A DNA stretch of 64,000 nucleotides from Acidobacteriota bacterium (GCA_029562975.1 JAKQTR010000016.1:124765-188764), one strand, 5' to 3'. Positions 46,559 through 56,483 are shown, counted from the first letter of the stretch. Notes: generated by a model not told the origin, from the letters alone. A program made the numbers and translations.

Positions 46559-49414
46559 GTGAGCTTTCGGACACTGGGCGCGTGGCTGACCGCCGGCGCC
46601 GCGTTCTGGGCCTCGCTCGGGGCGCTCGACGTCACCTCCGGCGGCGGCGGCATCGTCCGCGTCGCCATGCTGCCCGCCCTCGGCCAGCTCGTGGCGTGCC
46701 TCCTGCTCGCGATCCTGCTCGGCGGCGTGCTCCGTTTCAGGATGGCGGGACCGGCCGGGTCCGTACCCGGGCAGACCGGCCCGCGGCGTGCGTCCGGGCG
46801 GGGCGACTCGTTCGAACCCCTCTACGCCCTCGGCGTCCTCGTCCTGCCGTATTTGCCGTGGCTTCCAGACCGGCTGCCCGTGCTGCGCGTCTTCGCGGGC
46901 CCGGGCCGCCTTCTCGTCTGGCTGGTCGTCGCGGCCCAGGTCGCCTGGTCCGTCCTGGGAACGGCGGGCCGGGGCCGCCGCTTCGTCGTCCGCATGCGCG
47001 CGTGGACGCCCGCCAGGGGGACGCTGGCAGCCGGGGCGGCGGCCGCCCTGCTCTTCAGCGGCACCGCCATCGCACTCGCGCCGTCCGGCTTCTTCCCCGG
47101 GGGCGACGAGCCCCACTACCTCGTCATGGTGCAGAGCCTGCTGAAGGATGGGGATCTGCGGATTGAGAACAACCACGCGCAGCGGGATTACGAGGCGTTC
47201 TTCGACGGGGACCTCCCGCCTCACGCCATCGCGCCCGGGCGGAATGGCGCCATGTACTCCGTCCATCCCGTCGGGCTGCCGCTCATCGCCGCCCCGTTCT
47301 TCGCCGTCGGCGGGTACCCCGCCGTCGTGCTGCTGATGATCCTTCTTGCGGCGGCTGCGTCCGGCCTCGCGTGGACGTGGGCGCGGCGCATCACCGGCTC
47401 CGTGTCCAGCGCGACCTTCGCCTGGGCCGCGACAACGCTTTCATTGCCGTTCCTCGCCAACGCCGGCACCGTGTTCCCCGAGGTGCCCGCGGCGCTGGCC
47501 GTTCTGGCCGCGGTGACGGCAGCGTTCCGGGAAGAGGCGTCCGGGAACGCCTCGATCGCATCGGCCGGATGCTCGGCCGGTCCCTGGCGCGCGCTGGCCG
47601 TCGGCCTGGCTGCCGCCGCCCTGCCCTGGCTGCACGCGAAGTACGCGCCGCTCTCGGCCGTCTTGATCGCGGTTGGCGCGCGGCGCCTCTGGCGTGATCG
47701 GCCGGCGGACGGACGGGCGGGGACGCGCCTCATGGTTGTCGCCGCCGCCCCCTACGCCGCCAGTCTGGCGGGGTGGATGGCTTTCCACTACGCAGTGTGG
47801 GGTTCCCCGTGGCCGTCCGCGCCGTACGGCGGGGCGTCGGGCACGCAGATGAGCGCCTGGACGTGGATTCGCGGCGTTCCCGGCCTGCTCGCCGACCAGG
47901 AATACGGCGTGCTCGCGTACGCGCCCGCCCTGGCGATCGCCTTCCTGGGCGTCCGTTCGATGTGGCGGGCAGGCGGACGCGCCCGGGGAGTGGCGACGGA
48001 CTTGTCCCTGCTTGTCGCCGCCATGCTGGCCACCGTCGGAGCGTTCCAAATGTGGTGGGGCGGCAGCTCCCTCCCCGGCCGGATGCTCGTGTCGGTAATC
48101 CCGCTGCTGGCCGTGCCCGTGGCCTGGGAATTCCGCGCGTCGGCCGAGCGGCCGGAGCGGCGCGCCGCGTACCGGCTTCTGCTGATCGTCGGCTTCGCCC
48201 TGGCGCTGGCCGCGGTCCTCGCGCGCGGCGGAGCCTCGCTGGCGCTGACCCGCAACGGCATTTCCCGGCTGATCGAGTGGCTGTCGCCGGACTGGCACCT
48301 CTGGGCCTATGCGCCGGACTTCATCATGCAGCCCGCGTGGGTCGCGTGGCTGCAGCTTGCGATCTGGGCCGCTTGCATCCTGGCCTGTGGGTGGGCCGTG
48401 GGAACGCTCAGCGCGCGCCGGAGCGCCGCCCGTGGGGCGTCGCGCACGGGGCGGGGCCGCGCCTTCCTGCGGGCCGACGCCGGTGCTTTCTTCGCGCTGG
48501 TGCTCGTGACGCTCCTCATGCCGCCGGCGCTCGGCAGCCGCCTGAAGGAGAACCCGGCGCCCGAGGAGCGGACGCGGATCGCGCTGCTCGAGTCCTTCGA
48601 CCCGCACGCGCGCCCGATTGGCGTCCGTTACGACCCGCTGTCACTCGTGGACGCCGCGTCGCTGCCCGGGGTCTTCACGCTCTCTGCGCGCCCCGGATCG
48701 CGCACCGCCAGGCAGCCCGCGCCCGTCCTGCTCAACGCCCGGTTCGCGCTGCCCTCCGGGCGCTACGAAGTGGAGATCGCGTCCCGTTCGCCGGCGGCGC
48801 TCGCCGGCAGCCTCGCGCTGCAGGCGGGGCGCTCCGGGGGCTCTCTCCAGGAATGGAGCGTCGCCGCGGGCCCTGGCGAGCGATGGCGGGCGACGTTCGA
48901 CTTGCCCGTGGACATCAACTACGTCGGGTTCCGCGCCTCCGACGGCCTCGCGCCGCAGGTGGGCGAACTGCGCATCCGGCCGCTGCGAGTCGTGACGAAC
49001 CTCGATCGAGTGGCGGCGTCCGAGGTCCTCGCCTCCAGTGCCTTCAGCCACTACGTGTTCCTGTTCCACGACGGGGCGGCATACCCGGAGCCTGCCGGCT
49101 TCTGGGTGCGCGGCGCCGGTCGCGCGGTCGTCTCGGTCGTGTCCCGCACGGGCCGCCTCGCCACGAACAGCCGGATGCGGCTGCGGCTGCTGAGCCTGAT
49201 CCCCAACGCGGTGAGCGTCGAGACGCCGGACCGGACGTGGACGGTGGAGTTGGAGGCTGGCGTGGCCAGCGAGATCGAGATCCAGCCGACCGTGCTCGAC
49301 GGCACGCTCAGGATGGCCCTGAGACCGGCGTCGGGATTCCGTCCGTCCGAGCGCACGCCCGACAACCCAGACCGCCGGTTCCTTGGATGCTGGGTGGAGC
49401 TGGCCGAGTTGTAG
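46559..49414 (+). CDS. Large polytopic membrane protein with GT-C (PMT/ArnT-like) N-terminal region and about 330-aa C-terminal extracytoplasmic domain
   Basis: GTG 46559 is preceded by GGAGA; codons 46511-46558 have low third-position GC, and a TAGAAT box lies at 46528-46533. First-loop motif FFPGGDEPHYLVMVQSLLKDGDL resembles the DE.H(F/Y) motif of PMT/ArnT. About 12 TMs. Function is inferred only. Confidence 0.55.
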   Translation: MSFRTLGAWLTAGAAFWASLGALDVTSGGGGIVRVAMLPALGQLVACLLLAILLGGVLRFRMAGPAGSVPGQTGPRRASGRGDSFEPLYALGVLVLPYLPWLPDRLPVLRVFAGPGRLLVWLVVAAQVAWSVLGTAGRGRRFVVRMRAWTPARGTLAAGAAAALLFSGTAIALAPSGFFPGGDEPHYLVMVQSLLKDGDLRIENNHAQRDYEAFFDGDLPPHAIAPGRNGAMYSVHPVGLPLIAAPFFAVGGYPAVVLLMILLAAAASGLAWTWARRITGSVSSATFAWAATTLSLPFLANAGTVFPEVPAALAVLAAVTAAFREEASGNASIASAGCSAGPWRALAVGLAAAALPWLHAKYAPLSAVLIAVGARRLWRDRPADGRAGTRLMVVAAAPYAASLAGWMAFHYAVWGSPWPSAPYGGASGTQMSAWTWIRGVPGLLADQEYGVLAYAPALAIAFLGVRSMWRAGGRARGVATDLSLLVAAMLATVGAFQMWWGGSSLPGRMLVSVIPLLAVPVAWEFRASAERPERRAAYRLLLIVGFALALAAVLARGGASLALTRNGISRLIEWLSPDWHLWAYAPDFIMQPAWVAWLQLAIWAACILACGWAVGTLSARRSAARGASRTGRGRAFLRADAGAFFALVLVTLLMPPALGSRLKENPAPEERTRIALLESFDPHARPIGVRYDPLSLVDAASLPGVFTLSARPGSRTARQPAPVLLNARFALPSGRYEVEIASRSPAALAGSLALQAGRSGGSLQEWSVAAGPGERWRATFDLPVDINYVGFRASDGLAPQVGELRIRPLRVVTNLDRVAASEVLASSAFSHYVFLFHDGAAYPEPAGFWVRGAGRAVVSVVSRTGRLATNSRMRLRLLSLIPNAVSVETPDRTWTVELEAGVASEIEIQPTVLDGTLRMALRPASGFRPSERTPDNPDRRFLGCWVELAEL

Positions 49415-49471
49415 CGCCGGCGCGCGCCGGGGCGGCAGCGCGCGAAGCAGGCGACGAACAAGAGGTGACGC

Positions 49472-49966
49472 ATGGCACTGGTGGATGCACTGCTGGCGGA
49501 GTACGACCACGAACTGGCCGTCACGAGGAAGGTGCTCGAGCGCGTGGACGAGGCGCGGCTCGGCTGGCAGCCGCACGAGCGCTCGATGTCGCTCGGGCGT
49601 CTGGCGAAACACGTGGCCGAGGTTCCGCGCTGGGCGCGCACGATCCTTGACGACGCCGAGTTCGACCTGGCGGACGAGGCGGACGGGCCGGCGGCCTCCG
49701 AGAGCCTGTCCGACCTGCTCACCGCCTTCGACGGCCTCGTGCTCGGGGTCCGCGCGCGCCTCGCGGCGAAGACCGACGCCGAGCTGGCGACGGCGTGGAC
49801 GCTGAAGCGGAACGGGCAGGACCTGTTCAGCATGCCCCGGTCGGCGGCGTGGCGCACCTTGATCATGAACCACCTGATTCACCACCGCGGCCAGCTCAGC
49901 GTCTACCTGCGCCTCACTGGATCCAAGGTGCCAAGCATCTACGGCCCGAGCGCCGACGAGGCATGA
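49472..49966 (+). CDS. DinB/YfiT-family (DinB_2-like) metal-dependent protein
   Basis: Four-helix pattern with HVAEVPRW and NHLIHHRGQLSVYLR. AGAGGTG lies upstream of the ATG. Confidence 0.8.
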   Translation: MALVDALLAEYDHELAVTRKVLERVDEARLGWQPHERSMSLGRLAKHVAEVPRWARTILDDAEFDLADEADGPAASESLSDLLTAFDGLVLGVRARLAAKTDAELATAWTLKRNGQDLFSMPRSAAWRTLIMNHLIHHRGQLSVYLRLTGSKVPSIYGPSADEA

Positions 49967-51513
49967 CAGGCGGGGGCGGGGATCGCGCCGGGGGATGGCC
50001 GGCGCGATGGCTGGCCCTCAGCGCCCTCGTCTTTGCTGTCGTCGCCACGCTCAACAGCGGCGGTTATCGATACGGCGTCGGAGACCAGGCGTTCTACCTG
50101 CCGGCCGTCCAGCGCCACCTCGAGCCGGCGTCCTTTCCCCACGACCGCCCGGTCATCGACGACCAGGACCGGCTGAGCGTCTTCCCGAGCGGAGCCGCCG
50201 CCGTCGTGCGCGCGACGGGGATGTCCCGGCCTGCGCTGTTCGGCCTCGTGTACCTGGCCTCGCTGTTCGGGCTCTTCCTGGCGGCCCGGTCGTTGGCGGC
50301 CGCGCTCGGTTTCTCAGCGTGGGCGCAGGCCGCCCTGCTTGCCGCGCTGACGATCAAGCACCGTGTCGGCCTGACGGGCGTCAATACGCTGGAAGGCTAC
50401 GCGCATCCGCGCGAGCTGGCGTTCGCGCTGGGCGTCGGCGCCGTGTCGTGCGTGCTGCGCCGAAAGCCCGCCGCCGCGCTGGGCCTCGTGGCATCGGCCT
50501 TCGCCGTGCACCCGACCACGGCGCTCTGGTTCGGCGTGTGGGTCGGCGTGGCGCTCGTCGCCGCGGAGCCGAGGTTGCGCGCGTGGCTCGTCCCCGCCGC
50601 CGCCGCGGCGGCTGGCGCGTCGGCGTGGGCGGTCGTATGGGGTCCGCTCGGCGGCCAGACGGTCCGCATGGACGGAGTCTGGCTCGGCGTGCTGACCGTC
50701 AAGGACTATCTCCTCCCGACCGGCTGGCCGGCAGCCGGCTGGGGCGTGGCGCTGGCCTACGTTGCGGCGGTGGCGGGCGGTTTCGCGCTCCGTCGGTCCG
50801 CCGGGCTGGCGTGTCCGCGCGAGGGAGCGCTCGTTGCCGGGCTTGCCGCGCTCCTTGCGGTGTTCGTCGCGTCGCTGCCCCTCGTCCACGCGCGCGTGGC
50901 GCTGGCCGTCCAGTTCCAGGTGTCGCGCGTCTTCTGGATGTTCGACCTCGTGGCGACGGCCTACGCCGTCTGGGCGGCGGTGGACGGCCGCAGAGCGGCC
51001 TCCTTCGGGCCGGGCAAGCTGGCCGCGCCCCGGCGCGCCATCGCTGCGGCCCTCCTCCTGGTCACCGCGGCAGCCGCCCGCGGCGCGTGGGTGATGTGGG
51101 TCGAGCATCCCGGCCGCTCCCTCGTCCGGATCGGCTTGCCGCACGACGACTGGCAGGATGCCATGGCGTGGCTCTCGCGCACCCCGCTCGACACGCACGT
51201 CCTCGCCGACCCGGGCCACGCGTGGCGCTACGGCACCAGCGTGCGCGTCGCCGCCGGACGCGACGTCCTGCTCGAAGAGGTCAAGGACAGCGCGATGGCA
51301 CTGTACTCGAGGCGCGTCGCCGCGCGCGTGGCGGAGCGGATTGGCGCTCTCGGCGACTTCGGATCGCTCTCGCCCGAGGGCGCCCGTGCGCTGGCCGCGC
51401 ACTACGACCTCGACTACCTCGTGACCGACCACCGGCTCGATCTGCCGATGGTCTACCGGAACGCGCGGTTCACGATCTACCGACTCGGCCCCCCGGTCGC
51501 GCCGCCGCGCTGA
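49963..51513 (+). CDS. Hypothetical polytopic membrane protein with C-terminal soluble domain
   Basis: ATG 49963 overlaps the DinB-family stop (ATGA). About 11 hydrophobic helices. Early loop YGVGDQAFYLPAVQRHLEP. The track ORF 49795.. is over-extended. No family recognised. Confidence 0.55.
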   Translation: MTGGGGDRAGGWPARWLALSALVFAVVATLNSGGYRYGVGDQAFYLPAVQRHLEPASFPHDRPVIDDQDRLSVFPSGAAAVVRATGMSRPALFGLVYLASLFGLFLAARSLAAALGFSAWAQAALLAALTIKHRVGLTGVNTLEGYAHPRELAFALGVGAVSCVLRRKPAAALGLVASAFAVHPTTALWFGVWVGVALVAAEPRLRAWLVPAAAAAAGASAWAVVWGPLGGQTVRMDGVWLGVLTVKDYLLPTGWPAAGWGVALAYVAAVAGGFALRRSAGLACPREGALVAGLAALLAVFVASLPLVHARVALAVQFQVSRVFWMFDLVATAYAVWAAVDGRRAASFGPGKLAAPRRAIAAALLLVTAAAARGAWVMWVEHPGRSLVRIGLPHDDWQDAMAWLSRTPLDTHVLADPGHAWRYGTSVRVAAGRDVLLEEVKDSAMALYSRRVAARVAERIGALGDFGSLSPEGARALAAHYDLDYLVTDHRLDLPMVYRNARFTIYRLGPPVAPPR

Positions 51514-51580
51514 GGCGCGCCGAGCGGCGGCACGGCCTCGCCCTCCCTGGAGGCCGGCGCCGGTGCGATAGACTGGAAAC

Positions 51581-52648
51581 GTGCACCCGTTCGCTCCACC
51601 GCGGTGGCTGCGCGGCGGCCACCGCATGACCCTCTACGCCTGGGCCAGGCGCAGGCGCTTCCCAGGCCTCCCGCCGGCCGAACCGCGCTACTTCCAGACC
51701 GAACCGCACACGCGCGTGCTCGGGTACTGCCATTGGCAGCCGGATCGGACGGCTGGCCCCGTGCTGGTCGTCCTGCACGGCCTCGAGGGTTCGAGCGACT
51801 CGCACTACGTGCTGGGAACGGCGCACAAGGCCTGCCGGGCGGGCTTCCACGTCGTGCGCCTCAACCAGCGCAACTGCGGCGGCACGGAGCACCTGACGCC
51901 GGGGCTGTACCACTCGGCGCTGATTGACGACGTGAGGGCGGTCCTGGAGGAGCTCACGGCCGCTGACGGCATCGGCCCCGTCGCCGTCTGCGGGTTCTCG
52001 CTCGGGGGCAATGTGGCGCTCAGGCTCGCCGGGCACTACGGCGACCGCGTGCCGCCGTGGCTCCAGGCCGTGTGCGCCATTTCCCCCACGCTCGACCTCG
52101 GCGCGTGCACGACGATGATTGAGCGGCCCGCCAACCGGCTCTACGAGTGGAACTTCCTGTACGGCCTGCTCCGCCGCATCCGCAGGAAGGCCCGTTTGTT
52201 CCCAGGCCGGTACGACGTGAGCGGGCTGTGGCGAGTGCGGACGATCCGGGCCTTCGACGAGCGCTTCACGGCCCCGGACGCCGGTTTCGCCAGCGCGGCC
52301 GACTACTACGATCGTGCCTCGTCGATCCAGGTGGCGGACCGCATCCGCGTCCCGACGCTCATCATCTCGGCCGAGGACGATCCGTTCATCCCGACGGCAC
52401 CGCTGCGCGACGCGAGGGTCGCCGGCAATCCGTTCGTCACGGTGGCGGCCGAGCGCCACGGTGGCCACTGCGGATTCGTCGAGCGGCCCCGGGGCGAGTA
52501 CGACGGGTATTGGGCCGAAGCGACGGCCGTCGAGTTCGCCTCCTCCCGCGCCCGCCCCCGAGCGGATGCGGCGGGCGGGGCCTCGCCCGCCCCGTCGGGT
52601 CCGCGTGCGTCGCCCGGGCTACAATGGCGGCCGGCGGATGCGACCTGA
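51581..52648 (+). CDS. Alpha/beta hydrolase, YheT/ABHD1-3-like
   Basis: VLVVLHGLEGSS, nucleophile elbow CGFSLGGN, and late ...DDPFIP... and GGHCGF. Confidence 0.8.
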   Translation: MHPFAPPRWLRGGHRMTLYAWARRRRFPGLPPAEPRYFQTEPHTRVLGYCHWQPDRTAGPVLVVLHGLEGSSDSHYVLGTAHKACRAGFHVVRLNQRNCGGTEHLTPGLYHSALIDDVRAVLEELTAADGIGPVAVCGFSLGGNVALRLAGHYGDRVPPWLQAVCAISPTLDLGACTTMIERPANRLYEWNFLYGLLRRIRRKARLFPGRYDVSGLWRVRTIRAFDERFTAPDAGFASAADYYDRASSIQVADRIRVPTLIISAEDDPFIPTAPLRDARVAGNPFVTVAAERHGGHCGFVERPRGEYDGYWAEATAVEFASSRARPRADAAGGASPAPSGPRASPGLQWRPADAT

Positions 52649-52758
52649 CGGCGGCGTCCCCGCGGCGATCCGGCGGCGGCCGCCTCTGGTTCGGGGCCGA
52701 TCGCGCGGCCCCGGCGTGCGGCCGGGTTCCCCGGTCGGCGTGAGTCGAGGAGTCTGAC

Positions 52759-54387
52759 ATGGGAGAGAGGGTCCTGCTCGGCGACGAGGCGGTGGCGCTG
52801 GCGGCAGTGCACGCGGGCCTGACGGCGGCCTATGGGTACCCGGGCACGCCGTCGACCGAGATTCTCGAATACCTCATTCGGCACCGTGAGCAGCACGGCA
52901 GCCCGCGGGCCCAGTGGTGCGCGAACGAGAAGACGGCGTACGAAGCCGCCCTCGGCGTCTCCTTCGCCGGCCGCCGCGCCCTCGTGACCATGAAGCACGT
53001 GGGCTTGAACGTGGCGGCGGACCCGTTCATGAACTCGGCGCTCGTCGCCATCACTGGCGGCCTGGTGCTCGCGGTGGCCGACGATCCCGGCATGCACAGC
53101 TCGCAGAACGAGCAGGACAGCCGGTTGTTCGCCGACTTCGCGAGAGTGGCCTGCTTCGAGCCCGCGACGCACCAGGAGGCCTACGACATGACGCTCGAGG
53201 CCTTCGACGTCTCGGAGCGGTTCGAGATCCCGGTCATGGTTCGCCTCGTGACCCGCCTGGCGCACAGCCGGGGCATCGTCCGAACCGGCGACGGGCGCGG
53301 CGAGAACCCCTCGGACAAGCGGGGGCAGGCCGCCTCCTGGATCCTGCTGCCGGCAAACGCCCGGCGCCGGTGGCGCGCCTTGATCGAGCGCCAGCGCGAC
53401 ATCCGGGAGTACACGGCCGGCTCGCGGTTCAACACCGTGGAAGGCGGTCCGGCGAAGCGGTTCGGGGTCATCACGACCGGCCTGGCGCGCAACTACCTGC
53501 TGGAGAACCTCGCCGACCTTCCCGAGCGGCCGGCGCTCCTGCACGTGGGCGCTTACCCGTACCCGGCCGAGGCGATCCGGGCGTTTGTCGCCCCGCTGGC
53601 CCGCGTGCTGCTCCTCGAGGAGGGCTACCCGTACATCGAGCGCGCGCTGCGCGGCATCGTGCCGCCGGCGGCGCTCGAGATCCAGGGACGCGAGTCCGGC
53701 GAGGTGCCGCCGGATGGCGAGCTCAACCCGGACATCGTGAGGGCCGCACTCGGCCTGCCGCTGCGCCAGGGCGTCACGCTGGAGGGCTTGACGCTGCCCA
53801 ACCGCCCGCCGCAGCTGTGCGCCGGCTGTCCTCACGGCGACAGCTTGCACGCGATCACCTCGGCGCTGGCGTCCATCCCGGGCGCGGTGGTGACGGCCGA
53901 CATCGGCTGCTCGACGCTGGGCGCACTGCCGCCGTACAACGCCGTCGAGACCTGCGTGTGCATGGGCGCCTCGATCGGCATGGCGAAGGGTGCTGCGGAC
54001 GCGGGGGTCCGTCCCGTCGTCGCCGTCATTGGCGACAGCACCTTCCTCCACTCGGGCATCACCCCGCTCATGGACGCGGTCAAGGACGGCACGCCGATGA
54101 CCCTGGTCATCCTCGACAACAAGACCGTCGCGATGACGGGCGGGCAGCCCACGATCCTGTCGTCGTCCGAGCTCGTGACGCTCGTGCACGGCCTGGGCGT
54201 GCCGCCGGGCCACCTGCACGTCATCGAGGCGCATCCGCGGCGCGCCTCCGAGAACACCGAGACGCTGCGGCGCGCGGTGGGCCACCCGGGCCTCTCGGTC
54301 GTGATTGCCGTCCGGGAGTGCGTGGAGACCGTGAAGCGCGGGAAGCGGGAGAAGCCGTCCGCCGCAGCCGGGGAGGTGCGCCCATGA
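52759..54387 (+). CDS. iorA: Indolepyruvate/2-oxoacid:ferredoxin oxidoreductase alpha subunit (TPP-binding), without ferredoxin-type 2x[4Fe-4S] domain
   Basis: LLGDEAVALAAVHAGL...YPGTPSTEILE, NEKTAYEAALG, CAGCPH and DIGC...GMAKG motifs. No CxxCxxCxxxCP motif anywhere. GAGGAG lies upstream. Confidence 0.82.
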   Translation: MGERVLLGDEAVALAAVHAGLTAAYGYPGTPSTEILEYLIRHREQHGSPRAQWCANEKTAYEAALGVSFAGRRALVTMKHVGLNVAADPFMNSALVAITGGLVLAVADDPGMHSSQNEQDSRLFADFARVACFEPATHQEAYDMTLEAFDVSERFEIPVMVRLVTRLAHSRGIVRTGDGRGENPSDKRGQAASWILLPANARRRWRALIERQRDIREYTAGSRFNTVEGGPAKRFGVITTGLARNYLLENLADLPERPALLHVGAYPYPAEAIRAFVAPLARVLLLEEGYPYIERALRGIVPPAALEIQGRESGEVPPDGELNPDIVRAALGLPLRQGVTLEGLTLPNRPPQLCAGCPHGDSLHAITSALASIPGAVVTADIGCSTLGALPPYNAVETCVCMGASIGMAKGAADAGVRPVVAVIGDSTFLHSGITPLMDAVKDGTPMTLVILDNKTVAMTGGQPTILSSSELVTLVHGLGVPPGHLHVIEAHPRRASENTETLRRAVGHPGLSVVIAVRECVETVKRGKREKPSAAAGEVRP

Positions 54388-54965
54388 AGTTCGACATCAT
54401 CCTCGCAGGCGTCGGCGGGCAGGGCGTGCTCTCGCTGTCGGCCATCATCGCCTCGAGCGCGATGCGCGAGGGGCTCGCCGTCAAGCAGTCCGAGGTGCAT
54501 GGCATGTCGCAGCGCGGCGGCGCGGTGCTCGCCCACCTGCGGCTGGCGGACGGGCCTATCGCCAGCGATCTCATCCCGCGCGGGTCCGCGGCGATGATCC
54601 TCGGGATGGAGCCCCTCGAAAGCCTGCGCTATCTCGAGTACCTGGATCGTGCCGGCGCCGTCGTCTCCGCGACAACGCCAATGGCGAACATCGCCGACTA
54701 TCCGCCGCTCGACCAGGTGCTGGCCGCCATCCGGAGCCTCCCGCGGGCGTATCTCGTGGAGGCGGAGGCCCTGGCCAGGCAGGCGGGCTCCGCGCGCGCC
54801 AGCAACATGGTGATGGTGGGCGCGGCGTCCCCGCTGCTGCCCGTGGCGCTCTCCACGCTCGAGCACTTCGTGGAGACGGCCTTCGCGGCCAAGGGGGCCA
54901 AGGTCGTGGAAACCAACTTGAGGGCCCTGCACGCGGGCCGGGCGGCCGCCGCCGTCATCCCGTGA
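54384..54965 (+). CDS. iorB: Indolepyruvate/2-oxoacid:ferredoxin oxidoreductase beta (gamma-like) subunit
   Basis: MKFDIILAGVGGQGVLSLSAII...SEVHGMSQRGGAV. ATG 54384 overlaps the iorA stop (ATGA). Confidence 0.85.
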   Translation: MKFDIILAGVGGQGVLSLSAIIASSAMREGLAVKQSEVHGMSQRGGAVLAHLRLADGPIASDLIPRGSAAMILGMEPLESLRYLEYLDRAGAVVSATTPMANIADYPPLDQVLAAIRSLPRAYLVEAEALARQAGSARASNMVMVGAASPLLPVALSTLEHFVETAFAAKGAKVVETNLRALHAGRAAAAVIP

Positions 54966-55669
54966 GCGCGGCCAAGGCTCCGGCAGCGGCGTTCACGCCG
55001 GCCGAGCGCCGGTTGATCCGCCGCCTGGACACCCCCGGCCGCGTGCAGGCGTATCTCAACGCGCTGCCGTACAACACCGAGCCCGAGGGCAAGACCCTGC
55101 GCAGCTTCCGCGCGGTCGCCCGGCTACGCACCGCGCACTGCCTCGAAGCGGCGCTGGCGGCCGCCGTCATCCTGGAGCAGCACGGGTACCCCCCGCTCGT
55201 CCTGAGCTTCGAATCCATCGACAAGCTGGAGCACGTCATCTTCGTGTACCGGCGGCGGGGCCGCTGGGGGTCGGTGGCGCGATCCCGCGACCCCGGCCTG
55301 CACGGCAGGAAAGCGGTCTTCCCGACCGCCCGCGCCCTGGCCATGAGCTACTTCGAGCCTTACATCGATCTCACCGGCTGCATCACCGCGTACGCGGTCG
55401 CAGATCTGCGGAAGGAGCTGGGGCGCTACGACTGGCGGCTGTCGGAGAGGAACGTCTGGAAGGCCGAGCAGGTGCTCATCGACTATCCGCACCATCCGCT
55501 GCCCGTCGATCGGACCCGGCTGGCGCGGTGGAGGGCCTGGTACCGGGCGTTCACGGAGCGGCATCCCGGAAAGAAGCCCGTGCGCTACCCGGGGCGCGGC
55601 ACGTGGACGGCGCTGCCGCGCGAGTACGCCGCCGCCGGGTACCAGGTCCGTTTCCCCTGGCCCGAGTGA
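54962..55669 (+). CDS. Hypothetical protein with transglutaminase/papain-like Cys-His(-Asp) core signature
   Basis: GTG 54962 overlaps the iorB stop (GTGA). RTAHCLEAALAAAVILEQHGYPPLVL...EHVIFVY..GRWGSVARSRD follows the C...(R/Q)..G.P...V...H......W...D pattern of the transglutaminase core. Assignment is tentative. Confidence 0.5.
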   Translation: MSAAKAPAAAFTPAERRLIRRLDTPGRVQAYLNALPYNTEPEGKTLRSFRAVARLRTAHCLEAALAAAVILEQHGYPPLVLSFESIDKLEHVIFVYRRRGRWGSVARSRDPGLHGRKAVFPTARALAMSYFEPYIDLTGCITAYAVADLRKELGRYDWRLSERNVWKAEQVLIDYPHHPLPVDRTRLARWRAWYRAFTERHPGKKPVRYPGRGTWTALPREYAAAGYQVRFPWPE

Positions 55670-55692
55670 CGGGCGGCGGGGCGGCTTCCCCG

Positions 55693-55995
55693 CTAGTCGA
55701 GATCGAAGTCGCGCGTCGGCTTCGTGACGGGCTCCTGGCGCGCCTGTCTCAACGCCTCCTCGAACCGCTTCGACAAGGCATCGCCGCGCGTTTTCTGCGA
55801 CTGGACCGACTGCTGGAAGATCGCCTCCCGGCGGGCCCGCTCCTCATCGACGAGCTGCGCCGCCCGATCGAGGTCCGGGCGCTCCCCCTTCGGCGGCTCG
55901 GTGTGCGAAATCACCCGGCCAAGGTTCTTGTCGATGACGAGCAGCGCCCCGCAGCACGGGCAGGTGACGTCCAGTTCCGACTTCAGCTTCGCCAC
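55693..55995 (-). CDS. Small hypothetical protein with N-terminal Cys knuckle (CPCCG) and charged helical tail
   Basis: MAKLKSELDVTCPCCGALLVIDKNLGRVISH... High third-position GC. No family recognised. Confidence 0.55.
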   Translation of the reverse strand: MAKLKSELDVTCPCCGALLVIDKNLGRVISHTEPPKGERPDLDRAAQLVDEERARREAIFQQSVQSQKTRGDALSKRFEEALRQARQEPVTKPTRDFDLD

Positions 55996-56045
55996 GAGTC
56001 ATCCCCTTCGAGCGGGCCCCGCGCCGGCCTCGGCGCCGCGCGCGA

Positions 56046-56426
56046 TTACCGCCGCCGCCCCGTTCCCCACGAGAGCCTGACGGGCGCTCCGGACGCCGTT
56101 GTCGCCGTGACCTCGATGCCCTTCAGGATCTGCCGGAGCGGATCGTAGCGCTGGCCAAAGCCGGCGACGAACGCCGTCATCGGGATCGCGAACCGCTCGC
56201 GTGGGGCCAGCTCGGGCTTCGTCACGCGGTAGTGGTCGTTGACCCAGACCTCCACGTTCCGCCACGTCTCGGCGGTCTGGTTCTCGATGGTGATCGACCG
56301 GTCCTCGATGGTGATGGGCCGGGGCGCCGGCGGACGGCATGCCGCCGCCAGCAGCACCAGGGCCGCCAGGGCGCCCGCGCCCGCCGCCGCTCGGCCGGCT
56401 CGTCCGCCGCTCACGCGCACCATCAT
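56046..56426 (-). CDS. Hypothetical lipoprotein
   Basis: MMVRVSGG...ALAALVLLAAAC lipobox. ATG 56426; the track start 56501 would run through the SPFH promoter. Confidence 0.55.
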   Translation of the reverse strand: MMVRVSGGRAGRAAAGAGALAALVLLAAACRPPAPRPITIEDRSITIENQTAETWRNVEVWVNDHYRVTKPELAPRERFAIPMTAFVAGFGQRYDPLRQILKGIEVTATTASGAPVRLSWGTGRRR

Positions 56427-56483
56427 ACCCGCAGGCGCCGTCTTCGCGCGCGCCCCCTCTTGATTTCCGACGGCGCCCCGGGC

